Shown: positions 32,951 through 42,752 of the stretch, one piece after another
How positions within the stretch are numbered: position 1 is the stretch's first letter
How the letters are laid out: each line of letters starts with the position of its first letter
Source of the DNA: Microcystaceae cyanobacterium
Lineage (GTDB): Bacteria; Cyanobacteriota; Cyanobacteriia; Cyanobacteriales; Microcystaceae
DNA length: 64,000 nucleotides
Assembly: GCA_041746575.1 (NCBI GenBank)
Contig: JBGTGT010000101.1
Coordinates: 32,001 to 96,000 of the forward strand
Direction of reading: 5' to 3'
Notes under the pieces: model-generated
The model's database searches: none
What the model saw: only the letters and a program-made list of their open reading frames with translations
Told to the model about the DNA's origin: nothing
Made by a program: the position numbers and the translations under genes

Positions 32951-35368
32951 ATGAAGAACCTGATTTCTCTTCCCCAAATTCCTGACTGTGCATGGCAACG
33001 TCTCATTGGCAAAGACTGGGATAACCCCTACACTGTGCGCTATGCTAGTAATCTTGATGATGGCCCCTCTCATGGAATGCCGTTGGGGGGGTTTGGTGCA
33101 GGTTGCATTGGACGCTCTCCGAATGGGGATTTTAACCTCTGGCACATCGACGGGGGTGAACATACCTTTAAATCCGTTCCCAGCTGTCAATTTAGCGTAT
33201 TTGAGCAAACAGAAGACGGTAATGCTCAAGCTTACGCCATGAGTACAGAAACGCCAACTGATGGTACATTGTCAGCGTGGACATGGTATCCCAAAGAAAA
33301 AGGGACATATTCAGCATTGTATCCCCGTAGTTGGTACCAATATGAAGGAATTTTTAAAACAAAGCTAATTTGTGAGCAATATTCTCCCATTTGGTCGGGA
33401 AATTATCAAGAAAGCAGTTATCCCCTTGCACTTTTTGAGTGGACAGTCCACAACCCCAGCGATGAACCGATAACCCTGAGTATCATGCTCACATGGCAAA
33501 ATATGGTGGGATGGTTTACCAATGCAATCAAATCGCCGGAAGTTAAAGTCAGAGATGATGGCAGTCCTGTTTACGAGTATCATCCTAAATGGGGGGATAG
33601 TACAGGCAATTTTAACCAATGGATACAAGATAACTCCAGAATCGGATATATTCTTAATCGTATTCAATTGCGCGATCAAATCGAAGAAGGAGAAGGACAA
33701 ATTGCGATCGCAAGTATTACTAATCCCAGCCTAGAAGTATTTTACCTTGGTAAATGGAATCCTAACGGTGACGGTTCAGAAATTTGGGATACCTTCGCTC
33801 ATAATGGTTCATTACCCGACAAAGAAGACGAAACACCCGCAGAACCTGAAGAACAATTAGCGGCGGCTTTTGCGATTCGTTTCACGATACGTCCGGGCAA
33901 AACTCGCAAAATTCCTTTTATTGTGGCGTGGGACTTTCCTATTACAACGTTTAAGCAAGATGTTAACGCTTATCGTCGTTATACGGACTTTTTTGGTCGT
34001 AATGGCCAGAACGTTTGGTCAATGGTACGAACGGCCTTGAAACATGGAGATGTGTGGCGCGATTACATCACAGAATGGCAATCACCGATTATCAATCGCA
34101 AAGATTTACCAAATTGGTTTAAAATGGCTCTTTTTAATGAGCTTTACTTACTTGCAGATGGAGGAACACTTTGGACGGCGGCGACAGAAAATGATCCTAT
34201 CGGACAATTTGGGGTTTTGGAATGTATAGATTATCGTTGGTATGAAAGCTTAGATGTGCGTCTTTATGGTTCATTTGGTTTGTTAATGAACTGGCCTCGC
34301 TTAGATAAGGCGGTTTTAGAGGCATTTGCCAGAGCAATTCCTACGACAGACGATACCCCTCGTATTATCGGTTATAATCGTGCTTCAGCGATTCGTAAAG
34401 CGAAAGGGGCAACTCCTCACGACTTAGGTGCGCCGAATGAACATCCTTGGGTACAAACAAATTATACTTCCTATCAAGACTGTAATCTTTGGAAAGACTT
34501 GAGTAGCGATTTTGTCCTACAAGTTTATCGGGATTATGTCTTAACGGGAGCAACAGATCAAGATTTTTTGTGGGAATGTTGGAATGCTATTACGGAAACT
34601 TTAGCCTATTTAAAGGAATTTGACTTAGATAACGACGGAATACCGGAAAACGCCGGCGCACCCGATCAGACGTATGACGACTGGGAATTACGGGGAATTA
34701 GTGCCTATTGTGGGGGATTGTGGATAGCGGCATTGGAGGCGGCGATCAAGATAGGGGATATTTTATTAAAACGTCCTCCGATGAATCCTCAATTGCAACC
34801 CGAAAATTACCCTGATTGTATTGAAAAGTATCTCGCCGTTTATCAAGGTTGGTTAGCCCAATCTCGTGCTATTTATCATGATACTTTATGGAATGGAGAA
34901 TACTATCGTTTAGACAGTGAAAGTGGTTCAGATGTGGTGATGGCTGATCAATTATGTGGTCAATTTTATGCGAGATTATTAAAGTTACCCGACGTGGTCG
35001 AAAATCAGTATGTGGAATCGGCGTTGGGCAAGGTTTATGAGGCGTGTTTTCTAAAGTTTTATAACGGAAAATATGGAGCGGCAAATGGAATGAAACCCGA
35101 TGGAAAACCGGAAGATCCCAATTCAACCCATCCCCAAGAAGTTTGGCTGGGAATTAATTATGGTTTGGCGGCATTTCTGTTACAAATAGGACGGAAAGAT
35201 GAAGCATTTCAATTAACCGAGGCAGTGATTAAACAGGTTTATGAAAATGGCTTGCAATTTCGGACTCCTGAAGCAATTACGGCAGTGGGAACTTTTCGTG
35301 CTTGTCATTATTTACGAGCAATGGCTATCTGGGCAATTTATGGAGTTTTAACGGGGTTTAAGTCTTAG
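32951..35368 (+). CDS. GH116 glycoside hydrolase (beta-glucosidase/glucosylceramidase family)
   Basis: GMPLGGFGAG, ECIDY, PHDLG, PDQTYDDW, FRTPEA, YLRAMAIW. Confidence 0.92.
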   Translation: MKNLISLPQIPDCAWQRLIGKDWDNPYTVRYASNLDDGPSHGMPLGGFGAGCIGRSPNGDFNLWHIDGGEHTFKSVPSCQFSVFEQTEDGNAQAYAMSTETPTDGTLSAWTWYPKEKGTYSALYPRSWYQYEGIFKTKLICEQYSPIWSGNYQESSYPLALFEWTVHNPSDEPITLSIMLTWQNMVGWFTNAIKSPEVKVRDDGSPVYEYHPKWGDSTGNFNQWIQDNSRIGYILNRIQLRDQIEEGEGQIAIASITNPSLEVFYLGKWNPNGDGSEIWDTFAHNGSLPDKEDETPAEPEEQLAAAFAIRFTIRPGKTRKIPFIVAWDFPITTFKQDVNAYRRYTDFFGRNGQNVWSMVRTALKHGDVWRDYITEWQSPIINRKDLPNWFKMALFNELYLLADGGTLWTAATENDPIGQFGVLECIDYRWYESLDVRLYGSFGLLMNWPRLDKAVLEAFARAIPTTDDTPRIIGYNRASAIRKAKGATPHDLGAPNEHPWVQTNYTSYQDCNLWKDLSSDFVLQVYRDYVLTGATDQDFLWECWNAITETLAYLKEFDLDNDGIPENAGAPDQTYDDWELRGISAYCGGLWIAALEAAIKIGDILLKRPPMNPQLQPENYPDCIEKYLAVYQGWLAQSRAIYHDTLWNGEYYRLDSESGSDVVMADQLCGQFYARLLKLPDVVENQYVESALGKVYEACFLKFYNGKYGAANGMKPDGKPEDPNSTHPQEVWLGINYGLAAFLLQIGRKDEAFQLTEAVIKQVYENGLQFRTPEAITAVGTFRACHYLRAMAIWAIYGVLTGFKS

Positions 35369-35438
35369 TAATTTCGTCTGTGCATTTTAAGCTAAACTGT
35401 ACGGATATTACTTATCCCTGTTTTCGGAAAGATTTACC

Positions 35439-35645
35439 ATGCCGTACGTCAATATTCAAATTACCCAAGGTGCAACTAGAGAACAGAAAGCTGAATTAGT
35501 CAAAGATGTGACACAATCTTTAGTTCGCATATTGGCTAAAAAACCTGAACATATTCATATCGTTATTCAAGAAATTAATGAAGAGGATTGGGGATTTTCT
35601 GGATTATTGACTGATGAATGGAAAAAACAACAAACGGAAGCTTAA
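35439..35645 (+). CDS. 4-oxalocrotonate tautomerase family protein
   Basis: Catalytic Pro after Met (MPYVNI), EQKAEL, WGFSG. Confidence 0.9.
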   Translation: MPYVNIQITQGATREQKAELVKDVTQSLVRILAKKPEHIHIVIQEINEEDWGFSGLLTDEWKKQQTEA

Positions 35646-35756
35646 CAGCGATCGCACAGTAATTTGCATTGCGGCGTGCCTTTAAGTTGATATAATCTAA
35701 AATTAGGATAAGGGATAGATTAGGGGAACTTCATTACCCATCACCCGTAGATTTAA

Positions 35757-36030
35757 TTAGTTATTGATGTTGCTATGCCGACAATTATTCTCATTTCTTT
35801 TCATCGTTTGGGGCATGAATATCGAGGTTTATTAGATTGCTCTGCTTGTGCTTATCACAAAAATAATACTGAAGATAATAGCTATAACATTAGTGATATT
35901 CAATCTCTGACAGATTTACCTTTTAAGTTTTCTATCTGCTGACGAAGAAAATGCACTGATAGATCGTTTTAATAAGTGGTTAGAGGAGGTTATTGTCACA
36001 GGTTTAGAATATCGGAATAGCAGCATTTAA
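35757..36030 (+). pseudogene. Frameshifted C-terminal gene fragment, Fic-family-like
   Basis: LVIDVAMPTIILISFHRLGHEYRGLLDCSACAYH...FKFS / ADEENALIDRFNKWLEEVIVTGLEY; family recalled from memory. Confidence 0.55.
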
Positions 36031-36071
36031 AGATAAAAATAAGGTAGGAGCGATCCCACCCTAAAATTAAG

Positions 36072-38633
36072 TTACTTCGCTTCTAATTTCGCCAAACGGC
36101 TCTTTAATTCCTGATTGTCTTGCTTAATCTTATCTAAATCTTCCCGCAATGATTTAAGCTCTTTATCCGATCCTAATTTCTTGCGAACTTTCTCCATTGC
36201 TTCTTCTGCCATGCGTCGCACTCGTCCATCTGGCGTTTGATCGGCTAAACTTTGAAGAATAGGAATAGCTTTGGGTGTTTCCATTTGTCCTAATGCGCTA
36301 GAAACTGCTACTTGGGTTAAAAAGAAACTTTCTTGGGAAATTGCCTCCAGCTGCTCTAAAATTGTCTGTAACTTGTCGGGAGTTTGTCCGCTTGAAACAG
36401 TCCCTAACGCACGAATCGCAGATAATCTTAAAGGTTGAGGAATACCCGATTTAGTGTATTCTGCAATAACGCCAACTGCCACGGGAGAAGTAGTCAACTT
36501 ACTTAAACCGCCAATTGCACCCGATCGCACGACTTCATTCCATCCTTCTCGCTCTTTTAACACTTTTTGCAAAATTTCAATCACTTCTGCTTCTTTTTCT
36601 TTCAAATTCCCTGACACCATACTCCCCAACCCTCGCGCCGCGGATGCTTCCACTGTGTAACTTTCATCGCCATTTTCTAAGGTATTTTTGACACTTTCGT
36701 AACATTGTAGAGTTTTAATCTGACTTAATCCTTCTACCACCGCACGACGGACTTTTGCATCTTGATCTTCTAATCCTTCCCTTAAAGCTTCCCCAGCTTG
36801 ATTTAGTTTAATCGTTGCAAGCTGTTTGGCAGACTCTAGCCGAACTCCCCAGAAAGGATCTTGAGTTAAACTGTTTTTTATCGCTTCTATTGCCTCTAAA
36901 CTGCCTTTTTTAGCAATTGCTTTAATTGCATAGATGCGAGAAATGGGATCGGGATCATATTTTAATTGTGCCTTTAATTCGGCGATAGGATAGTCTAATT
37001 CGACGGTTTTCAGCCAATTATTTCCTATATCAAAGCTGATGAAGTGGGGTTTCTTCTCCAGAGGGAAATAAAAACTCTGTTCATATTCGTAGATACGCAA
37101 GGTAAAAGACTTCTGAGTAACGCTACCGTTAGTATAGCCAAAAGCAATGGGTATTTTTAGATCAAATAACTCTTTTTCATTGTCTTTCGCTTGCTTTTGA
37201 GTAACGGTTAACTTAGTAAGGTTACTGTCACCATCCCAACTATAGGCGATTTTGTAGTCAGGATGCCCCCCGCGGAAAACATATTGATCAAAAAGAAATA
37301 AAAGGTTATATCCCGTCGCTTTATCTATGGCTCTCAATAAATCCACTGTTTCAACAGTTTTATGAGCGTTATCCTGCACAAAGGTAGAAATTGCTTTATC
37401 AAATAACTCATCCCCCAAAATTGTGCGAATCATGTGATAAACACAAGCACCCTTTTCATACAGATGACGATCATACAACTCGATCGCTTCTCGGTAAACA
37501 TGAGTGACAATGGGACGGCGATAACGGCTAGAATCTTCCTGTAAATACCTTTTTGCTTCTCCTAAAAGGTAATATGCAGCATCATCTTTTCCGTACTCCT
37601 TCTCAACCCATAATACCTCTGAATAAGAAGCCATTCCTTCTTTAATCCAAGCGTGTGACCAATGTTTGATTACCACCAAGTCACCAAACCACTGATGCGC
37701 CAACTCATGCGCCACCAAACTTTCAGTCCGCATATTATCAATCATAGCCCGTTCGTCGAGCAAACAGCGATCGGTTAGCAACGTGGTTGAAGTGTTTTCC
37801 ATCCCCCCAAAAATAAAGTCATCTACGCACACTTGAGCATATTTAGGGTAAGGATAGGGATAACCAAACTTTTCGCTAAAAAAGGCAATCATTTGCGGCG
37901 TTTTTCCCATACTACGCTTGCCGTCTTCTTCCCGTCCTTTTTCAACATAATAGGTGACAGGAATATTATTCCAACTGTCTTTGATCTCTGCAAAGTCACC
38001 GACTGCTAATGTCATCAAATAGGTAGGATGAACCTGTTTTTGCGTCCATTGATAAATAATAGCGTCTCCTTTATCTTCTGTAGCGATTAGCTCTCCGTTA
38101 GAGATCGCTAAATAAGGTTTAGGCAGTTTTACACGGATTTCTGAGGTTGCCAATTGGCCAGGGTAGTCAAAGCAAGGAAACCAAAAACGGGAGTCTTCGT
38201 CTTCTCCCTGTGTCCATACTTGCACGGGTTTGTCTGGATAATGTTCATCGGGTGCAATAAAGTATAAGCCCCTCTGAGGATGAGAAACGTGGTAAGCAAT
38301 CGAAAGAATGCAGGTTTGTTCAGTGGTGGGTTTTAGAAGCTGAATAACGAGCTTTTCGCCGTCATAATCAAAGGGTTGACTGACACCATCCATTAACACC
38401 GAGGTAATATTAAGGTTGACTGCATCTAGAGTTAATTGGGTGATTCCTCGACGTACTGGAGTTAAAGTGATATTACAGTGACCCTGAAAGGATTTATTGG
38501 AGATATCTAAGCTCAAATCAAGGAATATATGATTAACCTGTCCAGGGCGATCAGGGTTATAGTGAGGTTTAGCACCGGGAAGTTCAAAGGATTTACGATT
38601 GTTGTTTTCGGTGTCAAAATATAGGTTAGGCAT
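36072..38633 (-). CDS. pepN: M1 aminopeptidase with C-terminal HEAT repeats and coiled coil
   Basis: GGMEN, HELAH...E zinc motif, YEKG. Confidence 0.9.
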   Translation of the reverse strand: MPNLYFDTENNNRKSFELPGAKPHYNPDRPGQVNHIFLDLSLDISNKSFQGHCNITLTPVRRGITQLTLDAVNLNITSVLMDGVSQPFDYDGEKLVIQLLKPTTEQTCILSIAYHVSHPQRGLYFIAPDEHYPDKPVQVWTQGEDEDSRFWFPCFDYPGQLATSEIRVKLPKPYLAISNGELIATEDKGDAIIYQWTQKQVHPTYLMTLAVGDFAEIKDSWNNIPVTYYVEKGREEDGKRSMGKTPQMIAFFSEKFGYPYPYPKYAQVCVDDFIFGGMENTSTTLLTDRCLLDERAMIDNMRTESLVAHELAHQWFGDLVVIKHWSHAWIKEGMASYSEVLWVEKEYGKDDAAYYLLGEAKRYLQEDSSRYRRPIVTHVYREAIELYDRHLYEKGACVYHMIRTILGDELFDKAISTFVQDNAHKTVETVDLLRAIDKATGYNLLFLFDQYVFRGGHPDYKIAYSWDGDSNLTKLTVTQKQAKDNEKELFDLKIPIAFGYTNGSVTQKSFTLRIYEYEQSFYFPLEKKPHFISFDIGNNWLKTVELDYPIAELKAQLKYDPDPISRIYAIKAIAKKGSLEAIEAIKNSLTQDPFWGVRLESAKQLATIKLNQAGEALREGLEDQDAKVRRAVVEGLSQIKTLQCYESVKNTLENGDESYTVEASAARGLGSMVSGNLKEKEAEVIEILQKVLKEREGWNEVVRSGAIGGLSKLTTSPVAVGVIAEYTKSGIPQPLRLSAIRALGTVSSGQTPDKLQTILEQLEAISQESFFLTQVAVSSALGQMETPKAIPILQSLADQTPDGRVRRMAEEAMEKVRKKLGSDKELKSLREDLDKIKQDNQELKSRLAKLEAK

Positions 38634-38766
38634 TCTGTTGTGATGTCTCGTTAAGGTTTCTTTTTAGATTTTAAAATAATCTTTCTTTAAATGCCTTGTC
38701 TTTATCAGAAAAGAAGATATTCTGAGAATAGTTAAACGAGTTTGAGGTTAATTATTTTCCCATACA

Positions 38767-39087
38767 ATGACCTTTCTAGATCCTAATGCTATTATTCCCA
38801 AAGCTAAATTAACCCAATATTTGTTAATTCAATTATCAAAGAATGACAAATCGCAGTTTTTAGCAAAAGCAGGTTATACACCAGCAAATTGGCAAGATTT
38901 AGAAAGGGATCTGCGACAGCAAATTCTTCCTCTTAATGCGATTCCTACTATCTTAACTGAATTTGGGCAAAAGTATGAAATCTCTGGACAATTAAGAGGC
39001 GTAAATGGTGTTATTTTAAAGGTTGTTACAGTGTGGATAGTGAGTGATTCTGAAACTCGATTTGTAACCTTAGTTCCCCAAAAGTAA
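38767..39087 (+). CDS. DUF6883-like putative toxin/nuclease
   Basis: AIIPKAKLTQYLL...DKSQFL...GY...W...FGQKYEI...VTVWI...RFVTLVP. Confidence 0.7.
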   Translation: MTFLDPNAIIPKAKLTQYLLIQLSKNDKSQFLAKAGYTPANWQDLERDLRQQILPLNAIPTILTEFGQKYEISGQLRGVNGVILKVVTVWIVSDSETRFVTLVPQK

Positions 39088-39092
39088 GCAAT

Positions 39093-39341
39093 ATGACTAT
39101 TAAACTTTATAATCTAGTAGCGTTAATCGTTGATCTTCCTCAATTTGGCTTAAAAAAGGGAGATACTGCTTATGCTATTGAGCATTATCCGATGCCAGAA
39201 GGTCAAGAGGATGGTTATAGTTTAGAAGGGTTTGATATTCCCATTGAAGAAATAACCGTTGAGGTGAGAGAAAGTCAAATTAGACCTTTAAGTGAAAAGG
39301 AATTAAAGGAAGTAGAGAAAAGTTATTCATCAGTTAAGTAA
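39093..39341 (+). CDS. DUF4926-like protein (putative antitoxin/immunity)
   Basis: VALIVDLPQFGLKKGD...IEHY...GYSLE; 5 bp after the upstream gene. Confidence 0.75.
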   Translation: MTIKLYNLVALIVDLPQFGLKKGDTAYAIEHYPMPEGQEDGYSLEGFDIPIEEITVEVRESQIRPLSEKELKEVEKSYSSVK

Positions 39342-39686
39342 TCGGAGATTTGACAAATGAAAACAGATTTATTTAATAAATTTCTCACCTTTTTAAATCA
39401 ATTAGAACAACAAAAGATTAGTTATCAAATTTCTCATCCTCGAGATAAAGCGGTTATGATAACAGTTGCTACTGTGGGAGAACGTTGGGAAATTGAATTT
39501 TTAGAAAATGGAGAGATTGAAGTTGAAAAGTTTATTAGTAATGGAGAAATTCAGGGAGAGGAAGCGTTACAAGAATTATTTAAAAGGGAAAAATTAGAAG
39601 ATTCTATCATTGAGCAAATATCTGTTTTAACTTAGTAGCGTTAACCGTTGATCTTCCTCAAGTTGGTTAAAAAAAGGGAGATACTG
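39115..39686 (+). repeat. 54-bp direct repeat (39115-39168 and 39633-39686; 50/54 identical)
   Basis: tagtagcgttaatcgttgatcttcctcaatttggcttaaaaaagggagatactg vs tagtagcgttaaccgttgatcttcctcaagttggttaaaaaaagggagatactg. Confidence 0.9.
39357..39635 (+). CDS. Small acidic hypothetical protein
   Basis: 92 aa with RBS GGAG; GERWEIEF...EVEKFISNGEI. Confidence 0.75.
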   Translation: MKTDLFNKFLTFLNQLEQQKISYQISHPRDKAVMITVATVGERWEIEFLENGEIEVEKFISNGEIQGEEALQELFKREKLEDSIIEQISVLT

Positions 39687-39696
39687 TTATTGTCCT

Positions 39697-40652
39697 TTAT
39701 TCTGCAAAATAGTCTGTATCTATTTTCTTAATCTCATAAAATTTGACGGGAGAAACACCCACATTATAATCAATCAAAAATTCACCCAATACATTGCCAT
39801 CAATGAGAATAATTTTACTGTCTATCATAGAAATGAGAATAATTTTACTGTCTATCATAGATGCGTATTCAACCGCTTCTTTACTGTATTGTGAGGTTGT
39901 AATAAAAATTCCTTTTTTTGCTTGTTGTCCTAACAAAGCACCTGCAAACTTTTGTATTTCTGGTCTTCCCACTTTTCCATCCCATCGTTTAGCTTGAATA
40001 TAGATAATATCTAATCCTAGTCTATCTTCTTTGATAATACCATCAATACCCCCATCATTTGATTTACCAATCGCTTGACCCGCTTCTTTTCTTGAACCAC
40101 CATAACCCATCTTAATTAAAAGATCAATAACTAATCTTTCAAAAAAGTCAGGTGAACATTTTTTAAGAATGTCTAATAACTCATCTTTTAAGTCATTTTT
40201 GATTTTCTGAAAAGCCTGTTCTAATTGTTCTTCAGGGGTTTTAGAACCATTTATGATGCTATGATCTTGAAAATTAGAATCACTCTCATCTTTTTGCTTT
40301 TTATTTGTTCTAAAATCCCTAAACTCCTCATATTGACCGAGAAAATCAACATTAATATCTTGAGGTAATTTACTTAAAACTTGTAATCCCCTATCTGTTA
40401 TTTTAGAATATCCTCTTCTTGTTTTTTCTAATAAACCAGCTTTTTTAAGATAAGTAATAGCCCAATAGCCCATCCTACTCTATTATCAAAAGTAGGTTGT
40501 TGTCCACTGGGTAATAGTTGCCGTCTTTCTTCATCAGTTAAAGTAAAACTATCTGCTAAATACTCAATGGTTTTTCTTAATGAATGTTCTTGGTTATCCC
40601 CTATATATTTTAAAAGAGGAAGCATAATAGTTTGAAAATCTGGAATCGTCAT
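39697..40652 (-). pseudogene. mrr: Mrr restriction endonuclease, frameshifted
   Basis: MTIPDFQTIMLPLL...NRVGWA N-terminus; DGGIDG...IQAKRW; 8-bp duplication 40456-40471 shifts frame; in-frame 30-bp duplication 39802-39861. Confidence 0.9.
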
Positions 40653-40861
40653 AATTCTTACAATAAAGATAAGCATTGTAAATTAACCTTTACTTCTAGA
40701 ATACCCAGAAATTACCTGTAAGTAACATTTCTCCGCGAAAAACTTAAGACCTTCGCTAGATAAGCATTTCAGCAGAATTGTATCAAGATTAAATGAGTTT
40801 GAGATAATAAGGCGATCGCCTTCAAGACATAATATTCTATAAACCACTTTAGAATAAATCT

Positions 40862-41061
40862 ATGTTGCAACCCCAAACCCTTAACATTCAATATATTACT
40901 GATGATAACGGCAAAAAAACGGCTGTTATTATTCCTATTGAGCAATTTGAGGAACGATTAGAAGATATTGAAGATTTACAAATGATTGCAGAAAGGAAAG
41001 GAAAGCAAGCATTTTTCATGAAGATTTAATTAATGAACTTAAACAATATGGACTCTCATAA
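40862..41061 (+). pseudogene. Antitoxin remnant (RelE-associated), frameshifted near the 3' end
   Basis: IQYITDDNGKKTAVIIPIEQFEERLEDIEDLQMIAERK; the expected tail HEDLINELKQYG is in another frame. Confidence 0.65.
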
Positions 41062-41119
41062 AATTGAAATGATTAGAATAGGTCATCGTCAAGGAATTTA
41101 TAAAAATAGTTTAAAATAA
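41048..41119 (+). pseudogene. RelE/ParE toxin remnant with large internal deletion
   Basis: MDSHKIE joined to MIRIGHRQGIYK (RelE-type C-terminal motif); overlaps the antitoxin end. Confidence 0.6.
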
Positions 41120-41214
41120 AAAAGCGATAGAATGATATCATTATTCAATTCAAATTTTACCAATTCAATAGTGAGGAAACTTTCTGCCTTACCCCCCGTC
41201 AAAAAGGCATAAGT

Positions 41215-41280
41215 GTGTGTGAGGAGTAAGAACAAAGTTCCGGTAGTCGAAACATGGACAGGCTTACGGAACTTTTTTTT
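41215..41280 (+). ncRNA. yfr2: Yfr2-family (Cyano-1 motif) small RNA
   Basis: 5' GTGTGAGGAGT, stem AAAGTTCCG...CGGAACTTT with GAAACA in the loop, ending in a T run. Confidence 0.72.
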
Positions 41281-41355
41281 CTTTCATATTTTAACCCAAA
41301 AATAAGTCCGCCAGAGACGGACTCACAGATTATGATAATAATTTAACCATAACGC

Positions 41356-41472
41356 TTATTCAAAGTCTTTGCGTCCGGGATTACGAGTAGGATCGCCCGA
41401 CAGAAAGCCAAAGACAAAGAGGGTGATAAAGAAACCAACCACAATATAAACGGCAATTTTGAGAGTTAACAT
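41356..41472 (-). CDS. psbI: Photosystem II protein I
   Basis: [46 protein letters not shown]. Confidence 0.98.
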   Translation of the reverse strand: MLTLKIAVYIVVGFFITLFVFGFLSGDPTRNPGRKDFE

Positions 41473-41553
41473 CTTATTGACTCCTTGTAAAACGGGAATG
41501 AGGGCTAAGGTTGTAAAGCTACCTTGCTTACTGTAGCGCATTTCGGGTCTTCA

Positions 41554-42654
41554 TTAAAACCCTTTTATCCCCAACTGTTGCGCCGTTTGACTGGCAACAA
41601 TTACTTGGCGATCGCCATCAAATAATACCGATCCCACTGCTACTTTTTGCCCGATTTGTCGTTCGATATAATCTTGACAACGGTTATCAATGGTTTCTGC
41701 AATATGATAGTAGAGTTTCTGTGACCAAATTTCCCCGTTTTCAAGTGTTTTTAAGTATTTTAAAGCTGATTCTAGGGTAGGACAGTTCCCCATCTCCTGT
41801 ATCACCTTAAGCGGTAATCCCACTTTCACCCCTTGTGCCATGAGAATCTCTTGACGACCATCCGCTAAATAATGGTGCGTGTGGAAAATTCCTCCGGCTA
41901 ACTTAACTAATTTACCATGATATCCTAACAAAACCACAGATTTGACTGAATAAGAGGCGGCAGTCACTAACATTGAACCGATCCAGTTGGCTGTTTTAAC
42001 CAATGTTTGAGGATCTATTCCCATTTTTTGCCCTAAATCTAAACCATTTTCCCCGATACAAAAGACTAAATGCTTAAATTTATCTGCTTTACTGCGTAAA
42101 TCTGCTTGATAAGCGTCCAATTGTTCCTTTGCCGTTAAAGGTCGAGAAATTCCCGTTGTCCCTAATAAAGATAACCCATCTACCACCCCAAACGCCGCAT
42201 TTGAGGTTCTTAACGCCAGTTGACGGCCTTCTGGCAAAATTAAAGTAACCGTAATTTTCTGATTTTGATGAAGATAGGGAGTCAAATTATGCTGTAACAG
42301 TTCATTGGCATAACGATAAATCGCCACCTTTCCCTCATGATTTTGCTGAATGCCGATTCCTGCACCTCCCTTGATTTCAATCTCCGATTGATCCCCCATC
42401 TGACAGGTGACAAAAGCCCAAATTGGTGTATTTCGGGTTAGATCTAAATTATCCCCCGGATCACTGCGTGTAATTGCCAAAGCTTGATTTTCCGTTATTT
42501 TAGCCCCTTGTTCAATCGGAATCGTTACCGTTTGTTTGGGAGTCACCAAATCAAAAGTGACTTCCTTAATCTCTGTTTCCCCTCTGAGATACTGTAAAGC
42601 AGCGATCGCCGATCCACAAGCAAATACCGGTAATGTATAACCCGAACGAACCAT
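41554..42654 (-). CDS. cbiD: Cobalt-precorrin-5B C1-methyltransferase
   Basis: RSGYTLPV, SDPGDNLDLT, TSNAAFGVVDGLSLLGTTGI, GKLVKLAGGIFHTH. Confidence 0.95.
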   Translation of the reverse strand: MVRSGYTLPVFACGSAIAALQYLRGETEIKEVTFDLVTPKQTVTIPIEQGAKITENQALAITRSDPGDNLDLTRNTPIWAFVTCQMGDQSEIEIKGGAGIGIQQNHEGKVAIYRYANELLQHNLTPYLHQNQKITVTLILPEGRQLALRTSNAAFGVVDGLSLLGTTGISRPLTAKEQLDAYQADLRSKADKFKHLVFCIGENGLDLGQKMGIDPQTLVKTANWIGSMLVTAASYSVKSVVLLGYHGKLVKLAGGIFHTHHYLADGRQEILMAQGVKVGLPLKVIQEMGNCPTLESALKYLKTLENGEIWSQKLYYHIAETIDNRCQDYIERQIGQKVAVGSVLFDGDRQVIVASQTAQQLGIKGF

Positions 42655-42752
42655 CTTACCCCTAATCCCTAAGCCATCATCACCAGTGTAGACACTCACC
42701 CATTTTTTCCCTTACAATAACAAAATATTAACAGTTCTTAATATAAAACTCA

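Noticed and set aside
41211..41228. Yfr1 motif ACTCCTCACAC on the minus strand
   Set aside because: The hairpin, GAAACA loop and T tail fit a plus-strand Yfr2 better, and the usual guaB-trxA context of Yfr1 is absent
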